64,000 nucleotides of DNA, taken from positions 62,186,001 through 62,250,000 of the forward strand of contig OZ024745.1 of assembly GCA_964016885.1 (NCBI GenBank), given 5' to 3'. Under the pieces are notes generated by a model that saw only the letters and a list, made by a program, of their open reading frames with translations, did no database searches and was not told the DNA's origin. The stretch is from Eledone cirrhosa. Taxonomy: Eukaryota. The position numbers and the translations under genes were made by a program. Positions 57,611 to 64,000 of the stretch are shown here, piece after piece; within the stretch, counting starts at the first letter, position 1; each line of letters opens with the position of its first letter.

Positions 57611-58262
57611 CGTCATCCCAGTGGCGTGAATAGGACCATCGACAGCCAGAAATAGCAGCCTAGCCTATTCAACTGAATTAGTTCAACAATCAAGGGGCCG
57701 TATCCAAAATTGGATATGGCGCATGTCTCTCAGACATGACAACCCTTAATTTTAATTTTGGATATATATATATACGGCCCCTTGATTGTTGAGCTAATTT
57801 AGTTGAATAGGCTCGGCTGCTATTTCTGGTTGTCGATGGTCCTATTAAAAAATGCAACACGTGGTTCGAATCATTTACAGATTTGCATTTGCTTTGTAAA
57901 CAGATGGTTATTTTTCTTCTCCTTTGGTGAACATCCAATAATTTAACTGCTGTGATTTACGGATTAATGGGTGAAATATATTTCTTACTTAAAGAAATAT
58001 AATATATACAAAGGAGATTAATCATTTTAAAAGGTTTCTATATTTGAAGTTCTAGTCAAACTTTAATTAGTTACCTACCTAGCTATGTGTGCCTACAATC
58101 TTTACAAATTATTCCCTGTGATTGTTTAATGTATTTATTTTATATATATGTCAATCTATTTCTAGTTGATATGTAATGCTCGGATCTAATCTTTGAGCTT
58201 ATTCTACGGTGGCTATGGCGCATGTCTCTCAGACATGACAACCCTTAATTTTAATTTTGGAT
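57611..58262 (+). mobile_element. Family C copy 2, with inverted 5' arm and terminal direct repeat
   Basis: 57611-57702 is inverted relative to 57772-57846. tatggcgcatgtctctcagacatgacaacccttaattttaattttgga is repeated at 57715 and 58214. Confidence 0.8.
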
Positions 58263-58519
58263 ATATATATATATATATATATAAATATTAACGGAGTCAT
58301 AAATGTAAATTATGTGTAAATTATGTGTAAATTATGTGCTCAAAGGAAAAGGAATCCTGGGCTCTTGAAAATACATTATGTAGAAAAGAGACTGTGTACT
58401 ATTAATAAACAGGGACACCATCAGTGTATGGAATCTATAAACCACGGAAGGTGAGGTAGACACATAATAATTAAAAATATAGATCAAAATGAATATACCT
58501 ACCTCTATAACTATATATC

Positions 58520-58602
58520 ACACACGTACAAACCCAAAGAGATTCGTTTCGCCAAAGAATTAGTGACTGAAATGGAAATACCAATGGCTCATCAGCGTGT
58601 GT
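58520..58602 (-). ncRNA. Canonical type I hammerhead ribozyme (best in window)
   Basis: Minus strand: acacacg-CTGATGA-gcca..tggc-GAAA-cgaatc-tctttg-ggtttg-TA-cgtgtgt. 7-bp stem I, 4-bp stem II, 6-bp stem III, GUA site. Confidence 0.9.
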
Positions 58603-58922
58603 ACAGTAAATACACTCCAGACAACACGCGGTATAGAGAAGTGAGTGCGTGCGAAGGACAGTGAACCAGCGGTCTTTGTGGGAGGAGCGGCTAGGAATGG
58701 CAGCCCGAAACCAGGAACTAACTGAAGTCTATGACTCCATTAATATTTTGATATTGTGCTCCTTATAACAGTCTTTCCTCTCTCTCTGTTTGGTTGAGCA
58801 CTTTTCTTGAGATGTTTCGGGCTGCCATTTCTAGCCGCTCGTCCGACAAAGACCACTGGTTCACTGTCAATCGCACGCACTCACTTCTCTATACCACGTG
58901 TTGTCTGGAGTGTATTTACTGT

Positions 58923-58993
58923 ACACACGCTGATGAGCCATTTCAGTCACTAATATTTTGGCGAAACGAATCTCTTTGGGTTTATACGTGTGT
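58923..58993 (+). ncRNA. Type I hammerhead ribozyme
   Basis: acacacg-CTGATGA(58930)-gcca/tggc-GAAA(58963)-..ggttta-TA-cgtgtgt. One stem III mismatch relative to the other arm. Confidence 0.8.
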
Positions 58994-59152
58994 GATATAT
59001 AGTTATAGAGGTGGGTATATTCATTTTGATTTATATTTTTAATTATTATGTATCTACCTCACTTTCCGTGGTTTATAGATTCCATACACTGGAGGTTTCC
59101 CTGTTTATTAATAGCACACTCTCTCTCCCTCTAGTGTGTTATCCTTTTACAT

Positions 59153-59223
<71 letters not shown>

Positions 59224-59386
59224 TTGGGGAGGGTCATATTGTTGTAATAATATTGCCAGAAATAATAACAGAAAACATTCACTGTCTGGTTGGTTTTCGT
59301 TTCTGTATCTTTTATATCTCCATAGATAATTTATTTGGCAATCAACGTTTATCATTGATTGACCAACGATTAAAAATACAGCTATA

Positions 59387-59415
<29 letters not shown>

Positions 59416-59417
<2 letters not shown>

Positions 59418-60315
59418 CGTTTCTGAATTAGCAAGATTCTTTATCTGAAAACGTGTGTTGAAACCGATATTGTTATGCTTTGGGAGGGTCATGTTGCCAA
59501 TAAGAAACACAAGCACCAGATGCTTCCACTCCAATTTATTATTAATTTATAAATTTAAGAATTTATAAATTTCCGGTTGGTTGGTTCCACAACCGGACGG
59601 TTGTTCATATATTGTCAAAGTTCTTTCGTCACACATTCTGTGACCTCTTCAGTGACTGGGATTCTTTTCTTTGTATTTTTGCCTCTCCTTTGTTCTGTCC
59701 TACGCCATCTTGTTTTTGTGTGTGTTGTGTGCTTAGTTTGCGCATGTGTTACATCCGGGTGTCTGTGTGTGTTAGAGAACATAGAAATAAAAATAGAATC
59801 TACACACAGAAAAGACGCAATGTTTAGACAAATCACAGAGGCAATAAACATAAATGAACTCCAATCAAAATTAAATAGAAAACATGAATGGAATAGCAAC
59901 ATCACAACTTACAATTAAGGACAAAATGAAAATTCACACACACATAGAACAAAAAACCAACCATTAACATGTAAATAAACAAATAAATATACAAATATAA
60001 ACACACACAGACACCCGGATGTAACACATACACAAACTAAGCACACAACACACACAAAAACAAGATGGCGTAGGACAGAACAAAGGAGAAACACAAAAAC
60101 AAAAAAAAAAGAAAAGAATCCCCAGTCACTGAAGAAGTCACAGAATGTGTGACGAAAGAACTTTGACAATATATGAACAACCGTCCGGTTGTGGAACCAA
60201 CCAACCAACCGGAAATTTATAAATTCTTAAATTTATAAATTTAATTTATAATAAATTGGAGTGAAAGCAAATGGTGAGTGTGTTTCTTATTGGCAACATG
60301 ACCCTCCCAAAACAT

Positions 60316-60320
<5 letters not shown>
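59416..60320. mobile_element. Family B PLE, second copy, tail-out inverted pair
   Basis: 59416-59772 is the minus-strand 3' end. 59773-60320 is plus strand (LENIEIKIESTHRKDAMFRQITEAINI..NITTYN + UTR). HHRs at 59614-59656 (-) and 60125-60167 (+). Confidence 0.9.
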
Positions 60321-60735
<415 letters not shown>

Positions 60736-61107
60736 AGTCGATCAAAGTTCTTTCGTTGCGACACACGATTTCATATCAAAAACCTTGCAAAACAAATATA
60801 TAAATATATATATATATATAAAATCTAGCAGCTTAAAGATGCAAACCCAGAATACAGGATTAACTGGTCTAAATTGCAGGAGCTATGGCCTACAAAATTG
60901 GTATGTTCCACTGTAGACTTTGTAAAATGGAATTATTCCATATTTTAAAATATGATAAAATGCTGCTTAACTCCAAAATTGAGCGGTCAATTTTCTGTAG
61001 ACATAAACCAACTTAATTCGACCCAACAATTCCATCATTCAAATTATACCACCTGAGTCTATTATAATAACCCATTATCATAATTGTTGTCATTATTGTC
61101 ATTAACA

Positions 61108-61301
61108 ATAATTGTTTCTACTTTAGGCACAAGGCTAGCAAATTAACCAATGCATTACTGGTACTTTATTTTATCGACCCCGTAAGAATGAAAGACAAAG
61201 TCAACCTCGGCGGGATTTGAACTCAGATCGTAAAGGGACGTAGCTATGCTGGAAAGCATGGTGTCTGACTCTCTACCGATACTACCAATCCACCGCCCTT
61301 G
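61108..61301 (-). mobile_element. tRNA-derived SINE copy
   Basis: Ends in ccgatactaccaatccaccgcccttgt, the reverse complement of the 8072 head. Confidence 0.85.
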
Positions 61302-62697
61302 TCATTAACAATAATGACAACAATTAACATGAATCAACATCGTAACCTTCTCTCTTTCCTTTTCTATCTTTCAATTTCTTTACCTAAATATATTTCATCT
61401 CTTACATTATAACCTATCGTATTATCTTCACTTCTAATATAACTTTCAATTTATTAATTTATTAATCTAAATAATACATATATGAATATATTTAATACTT
61501 TCATGTTTATACCATCATATCTTTATATTTTAACCACCAACACCACAACTATTTTCAACAATCATATTATGTTCATTTTCTTCGCACACATATAACATTT
61601 TTAAATTTATTTTTTATCATCTTTGCTATATTTATTATTATTCATTTATTATAACTGCTATTATTTTTTCTCTCTATTTTTCTTTTTCTTTATCTTTTTT
61701 CTTTATTGTTTTTTTCTTCTTTCTTTCTTTCTTTCTCTTTTTTCTCTCTATCTTTTTCTTTTTTTCTTTTTCTTTCTTTATTAACGATGTTGTAATTTGA
61801 ATTTGTAAACGCTGTGTATATTTTTTTCAGTTTTTCTGATGACTTGGTTAAGCATTCATCGTATTTAAAATTGAGTGACACAACTTCAAGTGATTAGCAA
61901 ATTTAAGAAAACTTAACCAATGAAACAATTGTTAATACTGTAAATAAAACCCTTTTTGTACTGTTGACCATGTTATTCTCCACTCTTTCACTATTATTAC
62001 TCCAAGATTAACTTACATAGGAACTCCCAAGAACTCATATACTCACTACCTAAAGAAACCTCTTGTTGTGTCAAACAACGCCGTACGCTAAAACTATCCA
62101 CAATACGAAGTATTCACAACCTCTAACTGGATTACCTATAACGATAACTTGTTATGCCTTATATATATATATATTTATTAAAATAGCAGATTAAAGTTCA
62201 ATTTGATATATACTTATCGAGCCCTGTTTGGATTTTAGTCTTCACATTTATTAATTTATAATTATTATTATATATATATATATAAAATTTAAGAAATCCA
62301 ATAATCAGAGAGTCCTTTTCCCATACATGGTATTGTAACACTGTACTATTCATAATCTTCCTCACTGATATCTGGAATTAATGAAGTAATAAATAATTTC
62401 ACTTGCATTAACATTGGATTTTCGACATCAACATCAACATCAAATTAATACTACTAACAAACAATTGACCATCAAATCAATTAATAAAAATATCAGAATT
62501 ATTGATATATAGCCACGAATTAATCAGGTTTACCAGCAAAATTAATACAACTAATAACAAACAATCGATACTCGAATCAATTAAGAAAACGATATCAAGA
62601 ATTATTGGTATATACACAAATCAACGCCAGTTTCACGTGACCTCGAACTGCTAGTAACAGTTACGCAAATAAGTACATATTTCATGCATATATATAT

Positions 62698-62773
<76 letters not shown>

Positions 62774-62837
62774 GTGTGTGTGTAAATATACGTGTCTGTG
62801 TATGTACGTATGTATATATGTATATATATATATATAT

Positions 62838-63451
62838 ATCCAAAATTAAATTAAGGTAAGGTTGTCATGTCTGAGAGACATGCGCCATATTCACTGCAGA
62901 ATAAGCTCAAAGAATAGTTCCTAGCATTTTATATTTCTAGTTGATATAAAATGCTCGGAACTATTCTTTGACCTTATTCTGCAGTGAATATGGTGCCTGT
63001 CTCTCAGACATGATAACCTTACCTTAATTTAATTGTAGAGCTAATTCAGTTGAATGGACTCGGCTGCTATTCCTAGCTGTCGATAATCCTATTCACGCCA
63101 CTGGGATGACGCGATGCGATGTCTGTATTTTTTATAAAATGCAACACGTGGTTCGAGTCTTTCACAGATTTGCATTTGCTGTGTAAACACAGATGGTTGG
63201 ATCTTCTCCTTTGGTGACCATCCAAGATTTGACTGCTGTGATTTACGGATTAATTGGTGAAATATATTTCTTATTTAAAGAAATATATACAAAGGAGGTG
63301 AATCATTTTAAAAGGTATCTGCATTTGAAGTTCTAGTTAATCTTTAATTAGTTACCTACTTAGTTATGTGTGCTTACACACTTTACAAATTATTCCCTGA
63401 GATTGTTTCATGTGTTTAGTTTATAATTATATGTGTCAATATATTTCTAGT

Positions 63452-63455
<4 letters not shown>
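62838..63455 (+). mobile_element. Family C copy 3, with fold-back 5' arm
   Basis: ~62843-62934 is inverted relative to ~62944-63034. atatttctagttgat occurs at both 62931 and 63441. Confidence 0.8.
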
Positions 63456-63494
<39 letters not shown>

Positions 63495-63499
63495 TATAC

Positions 63500-63530
<31 letters not shown>

Positions 63531-64000
63531 TATACATACATATAGACATACATATACATAATCATATGTGCATATATATATATACATACGTGGTGTAGGA
63601 GTCGTGTTATGGAACTTATTTTATTACTTTTTCAATTTTGTCGTATTAAATGACACGTGGTATATATGAACATTCAAAAAAGATTATTTTTTCGTAAGAA
63701 GTTTTTGTTTATTCTTCAAAATATCTAAGACTAAGATACTTTTGTGTTTTTATCTCTAGAAAAATACCAGCTGAAGCCATGGCTCTTTTCAACAAACATT
63801 TAATTATTTTATCAATATTTCTATTGTTGCCAGGTTTTTGTTATACTTAAATATGCATAAAAAATTAGTTCTTTCGAAATATTAAAATTATATTTCTTTC
63901 TTTACTTATTCTTGTTCAAATTTCAAAATAATATAACAAATTGTGAAACTTTTATTCAAAACGTTATATTGATTGATTCAACATTATATATAATTGTATT

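Larger units (their letters stand above)
58390..59157. mobile_element. Fold-back element (family F) with two canonical HHRs
   Basis: Arms ~58390-58711 and ~58814-59120, with (TA)n nearby on both sides. Confidence 0.85.

Overview
AT-rich eukaryotic (metazoan) non-coding DNA, intergenic or intronic. I found no convincing host-gene exon, and most ORF-track entries are artefacts of (TA)n/(CA)n/(GA)n microsatellites. The dominant tRNA-derived SINE resembles those I know from octopod cephalopods, so the taxon is inferred only. The window is a mosaic of retroelements: a near full-length but disrupted CR1-type LINE (~50860-54990), remnants of several Penelope-like elements (PLEs), RTE, CRE-like and R4-like non-LTR fragments, about 11 SINE copies and Tc1/mariner-type MITEs. 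The main unexplained structure is a set of about 20 intact or degenerate type I hammerhead-ribozyme (HHR) motifs. Most sit in short, non-coding fold-back elements of several different sequence families embedded in (TA)n tracts, with consistent polarity (minus-strand HHR on the left arm, plus-strand HHR on the right arm) and an unpaired tail. There is also an HHR-less, circularly permuted ~500-bp family and an RTE insertion with exact twin-priming geometry. All coordinates and pairings were read by eye and need computational confirmation.
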